The notes under the pieces were generated by a model. That model was given only the letters and a program-made list of their open reading frames with translations, was not told the origin of the DNA and made no database searches. A stretch of DNA of 60,141 nucleotides, the filler included, from Basidiobolus meristosporus CBS 931.73 (taxonomy: Eukaryota; Fungi; Basidiobolomycota), in the NCBI GenBank assembly GCA_002104905.1. It is 3 parts of 3 records of this genome, joined end to end, with 100 filler letters (N's around TTAATTAATTAA, not from the genome) between each part and the next. Parts side by side here need not be neighbours in the genome. Positions count along the whole stretch, not along the records: positions 1 to 15,006 come from MCFE01001159.1; 2 more parts are not named here. The stretch is one strand, 5' to 3'. The first letter of the stretch is position 1; the number at the start of each line of letters is the position of its first letter. Below, one piece after another: positions 1 through 13,075 of the stretch. The position numbers were made by a program, and so were the translations under genes.

Positions 1-162
1 TGATACTGCAATACTCAGTGGATAACTGGAAGTAATGTGTACAACTAGGGGATTTGCATGTTATTCACTCTTGAATGTATTCATCAAAAGTATGGTATTA
101 ATGCTTTTGATAAAGTAGAGCAAGCAAATGTGTTGAGCATGTAAAGGAAGGTCCCATCAATA

Positions 163-275
163 TATGTGCAATGTTTGGGTCTTTTGGACAACTTTGAGAA
201 AGGTCATAACCTGGGTACCTGATAACTTGGTGAAAATATTTTAAGTAAGCCTTCACAAAAAATTTTGTTGCAATA
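163..275 (-). repeat. Degenerate fragment of copia family-1 LTR
   Basis: TTTGGACAACTTTGAGAA..GGTACCTGATAACTTGGTGAAAATATT aligns with the LTR at 9330-9400 and with the reverse complement of 57280-57350. Confidence 0.5.
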
Positions 276-1799
276 GTATGCTAATCATAGAATACAACTT
301 ATGTGACTAAGTTAGCATGAGTACTTAAGAGACAACTTGATGATTACAACATTCTCATGCAACAAAATACTCTTAAGTAACAAATACATATTGAGAGTGT
401 ACCATCTGTGATGAAGCATATAATATTCAACTATGTAGCATACAGGACTGATATGTTATCCAGCAGTATATGCATCTGTGTTCAATTTAATTGAATAAGT
501 AGCTTATAACTCAAAGTGCACACCTACTTAATAGTATGCCAAAATATAAGAATGATCTGATCAAAAATACTAATCATCATCTGTGCTCACTTGCACAGGC
601 TTGATTAATAAGCTGAGTCAAATTGTCAGATTGTAATAGTGATATATAGCCTCTGGGCTATCCAATGCTTCTTATTTGGGCAAACCTGACCCATTTATGG
701 TCAAGATAAGGTTTTGTCATTTACTATAGATATGGAGTTTCCCTATTTCTAGGCAACAGTCTAACTAACTTAGACAACTTCACTGTGTCTCCATATTAGG
801 CTCAGGGACAGTTACTTCCATCCTATACACTCTATATAAGGTGAAACATAATGGCCTATATTGGGCCAAATTAAGGTTTTGTTGTTTATGCCTGATCTAG
901 ATTATCCTTGTTTTGTGGCACTGTGGCTCACATAAAATGGCCAAAAAAAAAGGTTTTTGCTCCACTCTGAGCTTGGATAGTATGCTCCCACATTAGCCAC
1001 ATCTATTTGGTGATTTAGATATACAAAAATGATATAGAATGGCTATCTTTGTACTCCATAAGTAGCAATAACTTTCTTTGAGCTAATTGCTTCATTTATT
1101 GTGGATTCAAGGCCATTTACCCCTGGATTTACCCAGTTTGATATCAGACAACACCATAGGTTGTTTGGTAGCTGTTCTTAGAGTGCTTCTACAACTTGGA
1201 TTGACACAGCTGCTCTTGTCTTTTGAGTATATACTTGTAGAATACAGACTGGCACTTTTCCAGAAGTGAGGTTATCCTTAATATGGGCTTTCATTATCCT
1301 AATTCTCCAAATATTTATCTTCAACCTTGAGCTCAGTTTGCAGGCCTAATGAGTCTTCTCACGCCCTTTAGAATCTATTAGAACCATCTGATTGATCCTT
1401 GCATCTTTTTCTTTCAGCTCTTTAGACAGCAGACATCAAGACTTCTGCATTAAATAATCTACTCCAATATTTACTACTATGTATGACAGCTGCTGTTGAA
1501 GTTTCAGGGCTTGTCTGGAGTTTCTGGCTTGTGAAACTTGTACACAAGACTCCATGGAGCATATCTGCACTGCAAGATAGCTCAACTATAGCCTACATAA
1601 GTTTTGGCTACATTTGGGAAGTACCCTTGTTTGTAGTAGTTGTCTGTTCCCATTTTTCTTCTATTTCTGCAGATGACCCAGGGGAGATTCCTTTTGTGGG
1701 ATGCTTCTGGACTATCTAACAGGTGAGAACACCGTGTATCTGAGCATCAAAGTCTTCATGACATCTTTGGTCCAGAATATTTGACTATTCCAGAGTGAC

Positions 1800-1846
1800 A
1801 TGATCATATTGGCATCCACCTAGAGCATTCATAATTTCTCATAGAG
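1800..1846 (-). repeat. Possible terminal remnant of the CCC-ended CMC/EnSpm-like element
   Basis: ATAATTTCTCATAGAG at 1831-1846 matches the reverse complement of the 46026 terminus at 15/16 positions. The upstream GATC..ATCCACCT resembles the reverse complement of 13917-13960. Confidence 0.35.
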
Positions 1847-1959
1847 TTGACCAAATTTAATCAAATAAACTGCATATGGAGGCTAGTTTCATCAGTACTT
1901 TAGCTTCAGACTCTTATACATAGATATATGAGTTGCAAAGATTGGCAGTAACTTTATTA

Positions 1960-2995
1960 ATCACAAAACTCCTGCTTACTAACCTCTATAAATGTGCACT
2001 CCTGCCTCAATTAACATACTTCTATCACCTCAACTTTACAGCTATTTGGTGTGATGTTTGCAAAGTTGTCATATACCTTGTATTGCTGGTAACATATACA
2101 TCTTGCCAACATGTGCTTGGTTGCCTTCACTTCTGCCATGAGTACCTCCTGAATATCTGCAAAGAACTTTTTGGTATTTAGCCAATATATGCCTTCCCCC
2201 TGCTGGATTCTAATCCCCCTTAAAGATGCATTATGGCTCTTGTTTGAGCAAACTCTATACTGAATGGTGTAGAAGTTGGCTTGTGACCAAGAGAAATCTG
2301 GCATAACTAGGTAGAGTTTTCCTAATAAAAATTAGTTGCTTGTTTCACCCTACCCAACTTGGCATTGCTTAACTGATTACCCACACATTGAGGCTGCTTA
2401 GCTTCTTAATGCCATAGGATTAGGTGTCTTCATGTGCACATCTGTCCTCAGTATTTTTGATGAGATTGGAATATGGTAGTACCTGTAGCTTGGCTTGTCT
2501 TCCTATCTCCCCACATATCCACTCCATAGGAAAAACTCAAACAGTCAAGCAAGGTCCCACATTCTCAACACACCAAGCAAGATGGAGTAGTGAATGTATA
2601 CAGTAGTGGCAGAGATCTACATGATCAGCTTTATGCTTGTAGTATAGTCACTCAAATCTTGTCACAAACTCTTTGCACAAAAGCTTTAGATGTGTCAAGT
2701 TGGTATTGGTGATCTGCTTCTGAATAAATATTCCTGCAATGTCCACATATGACTATCAATGCTTTCAATGTACTCTTGGTGGAAATGGCTTCAGAAGGCC
2801 ACTTGAATAAATACATATCCACTTGATCCAGTCCTTGCACTTGTATTGTTGCATATGCATATGAATGTTGATTGGAGCCCATGAGAGGAACTTAACCTGG
2901 CAGATACTATGCAATATCTTATCAATTCTTTCAAAATTTTCCAGTATCTCAAAGGGATCATTTAGCTTGAAATGCCCCATGTACAGATTGTTCAT
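1960..2995 (-). pseudogene. EnSpm/Transposase_21-type transposase, C-terminal half
   Basis: Translation through stops gives CKEFVTRFE*LYYKHKADHVDLCHYCIHSLLHLAWCVENVGPCLTV*VFPMEWICGEIG, the H-x-L-x-H...GP...F-x-x-E motif of CACTA-type transposases. Confidence 0.75.
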
Positions 2996-3231
2996 TGTTG
3001 TAAGAGTCTTGGAGATATTGGAAGTGATTTGGGAGAACAAGTAGATTATGTGGCTTTCACTTAATGATTTATTGAATGTTAAGGTAGTATTTATACTTTT
3101 ACATGTTCTTGGCACTACTCTAAGTGAATCTCAACAAGGAATCTAGTCAATATTTCCTAGGATTGGAAGGTAATGATCTAAGTGACTAAGTTGGGTGAAT
3201 ATTTGGGTGGAATTACAAGTTTTCTATTACA
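2996..3231 (-). repeat. 3' LTR of the copia (about 110-bp internal deletion)
   Basis: Begins TGTTGTAAGAGTCTTGG like 9161. Adjacent purine tract (reverse complement TGAGTGGTAG, 3232-3241) follows the RNase H stop. Confidence 0.85.
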
Positions 3232-3242
3232 CTACCACTCAG

Positions 3243-4830
3243 CTAAATGCTCATACTGACTAGTCCTAATTTTGACCTAAGATATTCAAACTTGTCTTTA
3301 GATAACAGTTTGGTTAATATGTCTGCAATCATTTTATCTGAAGGAGAGTAAGCTAAGCCAACTAAGATATTCTCTATAGCTTTGCATATGAAATGATGTC
3401 TAATATCTATGTGATTAGTTCTAGCATGGAAAATTGGATTTCTACCTAATTGTATGCATCCTTGACTATCTTGAAATAAAGTAGTAGGTGTTTTTTGACA
3501 TAGGCCTAAATCTGTAAAAAGCTTTCTTAACCACATTGTTTCTTTTGTAGCTTCACAGGCTGCCATATACTCTGCTTCTGTGGTAAAAAGTGCTAAGGAG
3601 GATTGCTTTCTTGAATTCCATGAAATTGCTCCTTTAGAATAAAGAAAGGCATATCCTCTGGTGGTATTCAGTCTTCCATTTGTTGTCCCCAATCAGCATC
3701 AGTGTATCCCACAAGATCCTGTTCTGAATTCTCATAAGTGTATCTTAAGCAGATATCAGCAGTTTGTTTTAGGTATCTAAAAACCCGCTTAACTTCAGCA
3801 AAATGATAAGATCCATAGATCTGATTTTGCTGGCTAACTACTCCCACTAAATATAAGATATCTGGACATGTTCCAAGCACAAAATATATAAATCTGCTGA
3901 TCTTAGATTGATAAAGAAAGTAAGGGCTTTCAGATGTCACCAAGCTCTCTTGTTTTGGTTGGGTTTTGACCAATTCAAGGTTTGCCTCCAATGGGGTGGC
4001 TGTTAGTATATAGTCTTCCATTTTGTACCTCTTCAGTATATCTTGAATATACTTGGATTAGCATAGGGTAATAGTCTGTGTACTACTGTCAATGGAGAAC
4101 TCAATCTGCAAGTAGTTACTAAGTTCTCCTAGATTAAGCATCCTGAACTCCTTAGATAGGTTGGATTTAGTCTCTTCCAAGGTTGCTAGGTAATTGGTGG
4201 CTGTAATAAGGTCATCCACATATAGAGCCAAAAGAGCTGGATTTGCTCTATCCAGTGCAGAGTATATACTATAGTCAGCATTACTCCTTTTGAAATTTAA
4301 AGATTCCAAGTGAGAATCTATCTTGCAATATCAGGCTCTTGGTGATTGTTTGGGACTATATAGAGATTCTTTAAGTTTGCAGACCAAATGGGGGCTATAT
4401 GGGTCAAAATATCCATCAGGCTAGCTCATAAACACCTCCTCAGCAAGTTCTTCATTCAAGAATGCTGCTTGTACATCCATTTGATGAATAAAAAACTCAT
4501 ATCTGGCTGTAATAGCCAATATCAATCTGATGGAATTAAACTTGGCTACCAGTTCAAATGTCTCAGTTTAGTCAAGTCCTTTTGCTCAAGAGTACCATTT
4601 CACCACAAATCATGTTTTGTATCTTTCAATTGTACCATCAGCCTTGTATTTTGTCTTGAAGACCTCTGTGCAACCAATTAAATGTTGGTTGATTGGTAAT
4701 TTGACTGTGTCCCAAGTTCAATTTTTCATCAGAGCCTGATATTCCTCAGTCATTGCAGATCTCCAAAACTTTGTCTAAAGGCTATTTAGGGCCTCTTTTA
4801 CAGTCTGGGGCTTATCAATATGGACTGAAC
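3243..4830 (-). pseudogene. pol: Copia reverse transcriptase and RNase H
   Basis: LALYVDDLI (RT); GYTDADW, TTEAEYMA, FHARTNHIDIRHHF and MIADILTK (RNase H); several stops and frameshifts. Confidence 0.92.
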
Positions 4831-5099
4831 AGGCATAGGCTAAGTGTGTACCCTCATTGATATAGTGATTTGCACTGTTTCTTGTCTGCTTGGATCTCCA
4901 GGCATTTGATGCTGGAAGATTCACTTCTGAAGTATTCCTGGGCACTAATTCAGGCGGAACCGCAATTATAGAGTCCTCTGGAGTGAGAAAGCTATATTGT
5001 CTTGCACTGATTCAATTCTGCCAATTGGTAGACTTGAGATCAAATTCTTGTCATCATCTGATGTGGTTTTTTGTGAAAATTTGAATTTTCATCAAACAA

Positions 5100-6065
5100 C
5101 ATATCTCTGGACTTGATTACCTTCTTTGCTTTGGTATTGTAGAGTCTGTATGCATTACTCTTATTGCAGTACCTCAAAAATATTGTTTTACATTTTTTGG
5201 CTCAAGTATTGACTCATTTCCATGCAGTTTCTTGGCATATGCTGTACACCCAGGTATTCTTAGATGCTATGCACTTGGTCTGTACCCACACCATGTTTCA
5301 AGTGGAGTAAAAGCACAAAGTATTCTGGTATTACTCCCATTTTAAAGGTATACAGCTGTGGCAACTGATTCTACTCAAAAATCATAGGATAATTTCTGAT
5401 CATGAATCATAGATCCCACCATATCAGTTACCTATCTGTTTCATGTTCTGTTACTTTATTTTGCTGTGGGAAGTATGGTACAGTAGTCTCCTGCTTTATC
5501 CCATGAATCTTGCAGAAGTGGATGAAGAGTTTTGAGGTATATTTTCCACCATTGTCAGAGTGTATTTTCTTGATTTTTTTACCAACTTCTCTCTCCACCA
5601 TGGCTTTACGCTCCCTATGCTTAGAGAGAGCTTCTCCCTTTCTCTCCATGAAGTAGACCCATTTGCATCTTGTATAATCACTAATAAAAGTGATCAAGTA
5701 CTTCATCCTGCCTAAGGATATATTTTGCATAGGTCCACACAGATTTGAGTGATTTGGATCTAATTTTTTCTGAGTTTTGATTAGCCCAAAGATCTTTGAT
5801 CATTTTGCGCAAACAATCAATATTGATGTGTCACAATCTCCTGTGCCAAAGCATTGGTATTTATTCATTTAAGTAACATATATTGGCTTCCAGATATGAT
5901 GGAATATTAGTCAACTTGCATAGATTATGATCTTTGATATCCAACTCAATCTGAGCACCATTTTGATCAGTGATCCTGCATCCAGAATTGTCAAAGCTGA
6001 AGCTGAGTTCTTCTGCAGTGGCCTTACTTGTAGATAGTAGGCTCTTGGCTATTTCTGGTACATAG
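5100..6065 (-). pseudogene. pol: Copia protease 3' part and integrase core (extra copy)
   Basis: MKYLITFISDYTRCKWVYFM..IHSDNGGKY..GIKQETTVPYFPQQN is an rve core, duplicating 7390-7720. Confidence 0.85.
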
Positions 6066-6476
6066 TGCTGTAAGAGTATTGCAGATATTGGAAGTGATCT
6101 GGGAGGACAAGTAGATTATGTGGTTTTCACATAATGTTTGATTGAATATAAAAGTAGAATTAGACTTTTACACAGTCTTAGTACTACAAGCAAAAAAGAA
6201 TAGGTCAAGAATGATCCCAAGAACATGCGTGCAAAGTTTGAGGCTGTTTGGACAACTTTGAGAATTTTCACATACTAGGTACCTGGTATTTAGTTGAAAA
6301 TATTCTAAGTAAATCCCAGCAGGGAATTTGGTCAGTACTGTTGTAAAGATATGCTATTCCACCTAAATACTCACCTAACTTAGTCAGTTAATGGATTACC
6401 TTAAGATCCTACAAAATACTGACTAAACTCCTTGTTGCAATTTACTTGGAATATTTTCACCAAGATACATGGTACC
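6066..6476. repeat. Two internal LTR fragments in opposite orientation
   Basis: 6066-6338 matches the minus-oriented LTR (TGCTGTAAGAG...). 6339-6476 matches the plus-oriented LTR start (TGTTGTAAA..TTCCACCTAAATA as at 57165). Confidence 0.75.
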
Positions 6477-6555
6477 TTTCATGAATTGACACAAAGCAGC
6501 AGAGTGTTTTTTACTTACCCAGAGCCCTTGAAGGGTTGTTGGGCTAGTTTCCCAT

Positions 6556-9130
6556 TTATGCAGGCTTCACAATGCTCCAAATTAGCTGGGGAATCAATTT
6601 TACTGCAGAAAGTAGCTGATCTTTGATGATTTTATGAAAATTATTAAAATTGAAGTGTCCAAATGTCCTGTACCAAAGCATTGGTGTTTCTTCATTTAAG
6701 TTACTTATATTGGCTTCCAGATATGATGGAATATAATTCAACTTGTGTAGATTCTGATATCTGATACCCAATGCAATATGGGCACCATCTTGATCTGTGT
6801 TCTTGCATCCTGAACTGTCAAAGCTGAAACTGAGTCCTTCTGCAGTGGCCTTGCTTACAGATATTAGGTTCTTGGCTATTTCTGGTACATAGAGTACTCT
6901 GGTAAAGGTCAGTTTATTATATCCTTCACTACTTTGAAGGTTTACTTGGATAGTTCCATCTCCCACTGCATCAAGTGTTCTATTGTCTCCCATGAAAACC
7001 TTCTTAATTTCTTGATATTGGGTAATAAGTTCTTTTGGGTGTGTAAAGTGCTGAGATGCTCCAGAATCAATGTACCACATCTGCGAATCCTTGTTTGCAG
7101 TCATATATAGTGCTTTGGTATTGTAGAGTCTGTATGCCTTACTCTCATTGCAGTAGCCCAAAAATATGCATTTTACACTTTTTGGCATATGCTGTACACC
7201 CAAATATTCATAGATGTTCTGCACTTGGTCTGTATCCATACCATGCTTCAAATGGAGTAGAATCACAAAGTATTCTGTTATAACTCCTATTTTTAAGATA
7301 TACAGCAGTGGCAACTGATTCCGCCCAAAAATCATAGGATAATTTTTGATCATGGATCAAAGATCTTGCCATATCAATTATTGATCTGTTAGCTTGTTCT
7401 GCTACTCCATTTTGCTGTGGGGAGTATGGTACAGTAGTCTCTTGCTTTATCCCATGAATTTTGCAGAAGTGGATGAAGAGTTTGGAGGTATATTCTCCAC
7501 CATTGTCAGAGCGTATTTTCTTGATTTTTTCACCAGTTTTCTCTCCACCATTGCTTTAAACTCCCTGAACTTAGACAGAGCTTCTTCCTTTCTCTCCATG
7601 AAGTAGACCCATGTGTATCTTGTATTATCATCAATAAAAGTGATTAAATACTTCATCCTGCCTAAGGATAAATTTTGCATAGGTCCACACAGATCTGAGT
7701 GAATTAGATCTAATTTTTTCTTAGTTTTGATTAACCCAGAGCTCTTGAAAGGTTGTCTGGCTTGTTTCCCATATATGCAGGCTTCACAGTGCTCCAAATT
7801 AGCTGGGGGATCAATTCTCACTCCAGAAATTAGCTGATCTTTGATCATTTTACGCAAAGAATCAAAATTGATGTGTCCAAATCTCCTGTGCCAAAGCATT
7901 GGTGTTTCTTCATTTAAGTTACTTATATTGGCTTCCAGATATGATGGAATATAAGTCAACTTGTAAAGATTCTGATCTCTGATGCCCGAAGCAATATGAG
8001 CACCATTTTGATCAGTGATCCTGCATCCAGAATTGTCAAAACTGAAACTGAGTCCTTCTGCTGTGGCCTTGCTTACAGAGAGTAGGTTCTTGGCTATTTC
8101 TGGTACATAGAGTACTTCTTTAAAGCTCAGTATATGGCTTCCTTCACTGCTTCTAAGGTTTACTTGGATAGTTCCTTCTCCCACTGCATCAAGTGTTCTA
8201 TTGTCACCCATGAAAACCTTCTTAATTGGATTTTCTTGATATTGGGTAAAAAGTTCTTTTTGGTGTGTAAAGTGTTGAGAAGCTCCAGAGTCAATATACC
8301 ACGTCTGAGAATCCTTGTTTGTGGTCATATTTAGTGCAGATATGAATAGTCTATCTTCAGTAGTTGCAGTACTTTCATGTTCAGGCTTCTTCTGCTGATT
8401 ATCTCTCCTTATAAGACATCAGTCTAATGTGTGTTCTTTCCTTTTGCAGTAGTTGCAAAACAGGTTGCTGTTGCCTTTGTAAAGTCTTGGCTACCTCCTT
8501 TGTTGGTTATCATTGCTTATCAAAGTATTCTCTTCTTCCTTCTGATTGGCGCTTGATTTTATTAGTACCTCATTCCAGAGCCTTCCATATGTGTAATTTA
8601 AGGTCAAATCTTCAGTTCTGGACTCTAGTGCTGATACAAGGCCATGAAACATATCTGTCAGGCTATTTGGGATGGTTACTATTGCATCCTCATCAGTAGT
8701 TGGTACACCCAGATATTTCTTCTTATCCACCAGCAGGATAATTTTGTTAATTATATTTTTCATTTCTTCTCCTGGCAGCATCTTTGTATTAAAGAGTTTT
8801 GTCAAAGATACACTTTCTTAGCAGCTGAACATGGCTGGTAGGTATCTTCTAATGCCTTCCAGGCATTGATGCCTCTTTGCTCTGGAGCATTGAACTTGCA
8901 ATTTGTCTCTAACTTTAAGGCAAATGCAGCTAAAGACACTTTGTTCTTTCTTCTGGCACTTCAAGGATTCCTCTCTCACGTTTTTAGGAGGGCATTCTTC
9001 TCCCATGACAATGTCCCAAAGGCCTCTTTCTTGTAGTAGCATCTTCATCTTCACCTTCCACACTAGGTAGTTAGATCCATCCAGCTTTTCAGCAGAGGGA
9101 AAAATTCTGGTTATAGTAGTAGTAGATATT
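6556..9130 (-). pseudogene. gag: Copia gag-PR-GAG-pre-integrase-IN, followed by a second PR copy
   Basis: EKLDGSNYLVWKVKMKMLL (gag N-terminus); WYIDSGASQHF (protease, present twice); LWHRRFGH..CEAC (IN zinc finger); KCIFLGY..AYRLY (IN C-terminus). Confidence 0.9.
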
Positions 9131-9148
9131 GCAGAGTGTAACAACTTG

Positions 9149-9160
9149 GGGCTCATAACT
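9149..9160 (-). promoter_or_regulatory. Copia PBS, internal (half-tRNA) tRNA-iMet type
   Basis: Reverse complement AGTTATGAGCCC directly after the LTR. The consensus GGTTATGAGCCC occurs at 26247, 30115-30126 (minus) and 57514. Confidence 0.75.
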
Positions 9161-9508
9161 TGTTGTAAGAGTCTTGGAGATATTGGAAGTGATTTGGGAA
9201 ATCAAGTAGATTGTGTGGTTTTCAGTTGATGATTTATTGAATGTAAAAGTAGCATTTATACTTTTACATGTTCTTGGCACTACAAGCACAGAGAATAGGT
9301 TAAGTAAGGTCCTAAAACATGTGTGCAACGTTTGGGGCTGTTTGGACAACTTTGAAAATATTCATGTTCTGGGCATCTGATATTTTGGTGAAAAATTCTC
9401 AGTAAATCCCAATAACAAATTTGGTCAGTATTCCCTAGGATATGAAGGTAATGATCTAAGTGACTAAGTTAGGTGAATGCTTAGGAGAAGTTACAAATTT
9501 TTACAACA
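9161..9508 (-). repeat. 5' LTR of copia family 1 (348 bp)
   Basis: TG...CA ends; homologous to 57165-57513 and 25243-25591. Confidence 0.9.
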
Positions 9509-11052
9509 GTCATCAGTATAGGCATATTATTGAAAAGCAAATGCATTGCTCCCAGTGGAAAGCTTTTGCTCCTGCTGATACCCTCTATCTTACATATATC
9601 TGCACCTGAATTAATTCTATATCTGGGCCAATGGCTAATGGCATGCCAACTTTGCTGCATTTGCCTACTGACTTCTGTATGCACTATCTGCACAAAGATG
9701 ATGTTCTTAGCATTGGTGTTAGGGTAATAAACATGTGTGTGAGTTATGCAGTAAGTCCCCTGGATTGCACACATTCAACAGCAATACTTTCCATTGTGCC
9801 CAGAAAAGCTGGTTATCTGCTTATGGCTGGGGAATCTCCAATGCAGATAATAATATGTGCTTTCACATGAAGGCCATTCAGTGTTATTCCACTGGAAAGC
9901 ATACAAAATCCATCTGGTAATGAATACATGGTAACTATCCAGGTTGGATGTTGATTCAGGCCCAGATACCAGCAAGACTACCATCAAATTCCTGCTCTGA
10001 TACTGTAAGCTAGGTGGCAGATTCAGGTTGATGCAAATCAGTGGCCAGCAGGATTTGCTGGTAGAATACTTGTTTAATGAAAATCCATCAATTGCCAAGG
10101 CAAAGGCATGCTCATACATACCTTAAAAGTAGCCCTTGCTTCTTAGCTGCTTGTAATATGTGCCATCCAATATGTCTCATATGCTTGCACTTGACTGATA
10201 CTGAGTGTTGTACTATATAGCTTTGCAATATTTGTTACACTGCATGAGCTTCTCTATACAGTGTATTACTGGAATATACCTGGAGTGTGAACAATGTTTT
10301 CCCCCAATGGTGGTGGATTCCTGGCAAGTTAGACACCTTGCAATGGTGGCATTTTCTGATGTGAAGACCTTGGTACTGTTAGCACATGCTGGTATCAGGA
10401 TAGTCCCTAGGTCATATGTTGCCAGCCACGTGATGGCTTTCCATTTAAACTATGTGCATGGTTAGTTGCATCCTGGGATGATTGTGGCAAGAAGTAGTAG
10501 TAAATACTCAAGGCCCCCATTACTGATATTAGTGGAAACATGCCACTTCTCCAGCCACAACCTCTCATCATTCACTAGTGGATGGAATACTGGGCTCACT
10601 TGACTCCCTAAAGTATCCTTGGCATTTTTTTCTACAGGAGTTGACTAATTGAGAAATTGAATTATGCAGGGCTCATGCAGGGTCTTGTTGTTGCAGAAGA
10701 TAGGCTCACAATCCATCAGTGAGCCTTCTTCTTCAGAGCTATCACTCTGTGTGCCATATTCAGAAGGCTGGGGCAAGCCTAAAGACATCACAAGCTCTCC
10801 TGACTCAGTTTGTGCAAGATGACATGTACAGCCAGATGCTGTTGTAGATGTATCAAATGGCCAGCAAGATATTGTTTGTATAGTAGTGACTGGTGAATGG
10901 TCAAATACAACTTGTGTGGCAAATTACTGGCCATGCTCCTTGTAATACTTCCTATGCTGTCAGTGTGCTTCATGGCTGAGAGGCTTGCTACAATAGCTGC
11001 ATGGTTGTTTTTCTCTTCTCTTATGGTGCTGAATCAAAGTAGTCTTGTCCAT
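9509..11052 (-). pseudogene. EnSpm/Transposase_21-type transposase, N-terminal half
   Basis: FALAIDGFSLNKYSTSKSCWPLICINLNLPPSLQY..LMVVLLVSGP and CIGDSP..GHNGKYCC are characteristic tnp2/Transposase_21 blocks. ATG at 11052 is homologous to 52088. Confidence 0.8.
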
Positions 11053-11265
11053 GGGGCAAGCAGTTTGACACTCAACAACACAATACTAATATATCACTTA
11101 TTTGTCAATATTCATGTGAATTTAAGTCAGTCTTGTATTTGAGACATTACACCTACATGAATGTAAGGTCAGTGAGAGCCCACCATAGTAAGCATTGTAA
11201 ATAAAGCTGTGACACCACATACACACACATGCAACACCATTTCTCCTTTGGTTTGACTCACTTCC

Positions 11266-12680
11266 ATGTATATGCTACCAAAAAATATAGCAAAGTCATC
11301 TGGTTCCCAACTAAACCCCACCACTGACAGCAGCCAAAGAATGGTTGGACAACAGCTTGCTTTGACACTCAGTGCAACCAGCAGGGCTACAACCTACACA
11401 GGCCCTGTGGACAGTGTGCTCACTGATGGTAATAATGCAGACTCCTCAGGCTCACAGTCAAGTAGGCAATTGGGAATCTCTGTGGAGCTGCTAGCTGACT
11501 ATATTGCCAAGGCAGCTGAGAATGTAGCAAAAGCAGCACCTTCAGTTGAAGACCAGCAGGGGACAGTCATAACATCACCACCACCCATATTAACAAGTAT
11601 GCTGTCAGCTCATACCAAAGCATTAATGAGGCAATTAGGTGTGGTTGCTAAAAACCAGCAACTTCCTCAAGAGCCCATTACAAGCACAGCCAAAAGCTCC
11701 AAACAAGCATCAAAGAGGCATCAGGTAGCTGAAAGAGTGCCAATAAGGGAAAAGCAGGCAGACACAGATGCACCAGCGCAACATTTGCCAAGGAAAAAGC
11801 ATAGTCTACTCAGGAAGCACTCAATAGAAGCAGCAGTGAAGGACCTGGCAGTGATACCAACAAGCAGCTACCTTGGAGCCTGTCACTGTATGGGCTGAGA
11901 GCTCAAAACAAGCAGGAAAGAAGCTCCTGGTTGCCTGCAGAGTGCTAGTAAGGGACAAGCAGGCCATAACAGATGCATAGAGCAGCATTTATCAAGGAGA
12001 AAACATAGATTAATACAAGATGCTCTCAGACAAAGTGGCAGTGAAGGACCTGGTAGTAATAAAGGAAAAGGTAAAGTGGAAAAAGTCTACCCAAGCCAGA
12101 GAGAGGGAAGTGTGAGAAAAAAGCTGCAGTTCTTACCATTTAATGCTATAAGCCAAGTACAGACTGAATCCAGTCATTGCCAGGAACAATTACCAACAAG
12201 AAGAAAGTTGTTTTCACAAGAGTTGGAAGCGTAGCCAGTTGAGCTATACTCCAGTGAGGTAGATGAGTTTGCAGCAAGCAGCAATGTGTCTACCACAGCC
12301 TCCACATCCTGCATTGTTGACAGAGTGGAGATCCCACTGACAGAAATGTAAAAATGTCAAGAGCTCTAAAGGTCATCACAATACATTTGGTGGAATTTTG
12401 GACCATAAATAGGCACACCAAGAGGTTTAGCACTTCTTCATGAGCAGTGCTCAAGAAAATGCACTTGAATATTGCAAGGACTCATAACAAAGACTGCTGG
12501 ATGAGGAGCTAGACCATGCAGTGCTGGCTGAAGACCATCTTATGTGGTAACCAGTATATGAACAATGGTATAATGCAATAGGGTTCCTGCCAAAGTTGTG
12601 GAACCAGAGTGTTACAGCAGAAATACTTATTGAGTGGTGGATTCTGATGGAGTTACTTGTTGAGTGTAAGGCTGGACTTA
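11266..12680 (+). pseudogene. Accessory gene of the CMC-like element, unknown function (in-frame internal deletion relative to copy 2)
   Basis: A 210-aa open 5' part, homologous to 46440-47981 plus 51430-51870 (minus) and to 35890-36650 (minus); lies between the transposase and the TIR. Confidence 0.65.
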
Positions 12681-13075
12681 CTGTTAGTGTAGGGAATAGG
12701 GACTTGGATAGGTCAATTCAGGTGGCAATTGAGGTACAACTGAAGTTTCAATGGAAATAAAACAATTTGTATGCATGAAAAGTAAGAGAAACAATTGAGT
12801 CAGGTAGTAAGGAGTGTGAAAAAAAGGCAATAGCCAATCAATGCACTCAAGCGTAGGAGGTGAAAGAGTATCTGGGATTTGAAAGTGAGAAATTAGCAAA
12901 GAACCAATCAAAAGCCACTTTTGTAATGTTGTGATGAGAAATTTTGACCAATTTTTATGATATCTGGGGTGCAATTATTTCTTGACAGTCCTTCCACAGT
13001 GTCCTAATGGAATCAATACCTCTTAGTCACAGGACTTGGAATCCATGATGGCCATTTGACAGGATCATCACAATA

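Larger units (their letters stand above)
2996..9508 (-). mobile_element. Ty1/copia family-1 retrotransposon, both ends present, internally rearranged and decayed
   Basis: LTRs at 9161-9508 and 2996-3231 with TG..CA ends. Near-perfect 5-bp TSD: TTCAT (2991-2995) / GTCAT (9509-9513). Domain order gag-PR-IN-RT-RH on the minus strand. Confidence 0.9.

Noticed and set aside
300-1790. Possible host gene or retroelement ORFs
   Set aside because: Frames are full of stops and I could not recognise a motif reliably; probably old debris, left unannotated.
9089-9349. ORFs read through copia LTRs (also 2765-3115 and 26199-26504)
   Set aside because: The similarity comes only from the repeated LTR DNA; frames and stops differ among copies.
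10897-11142. Hydrophobic 81-aa ORF conserved at 51998-52243
   Set aside because: It is the antisense shadow of the CMC transposase N-terminus (MDKTTL..CDYC).
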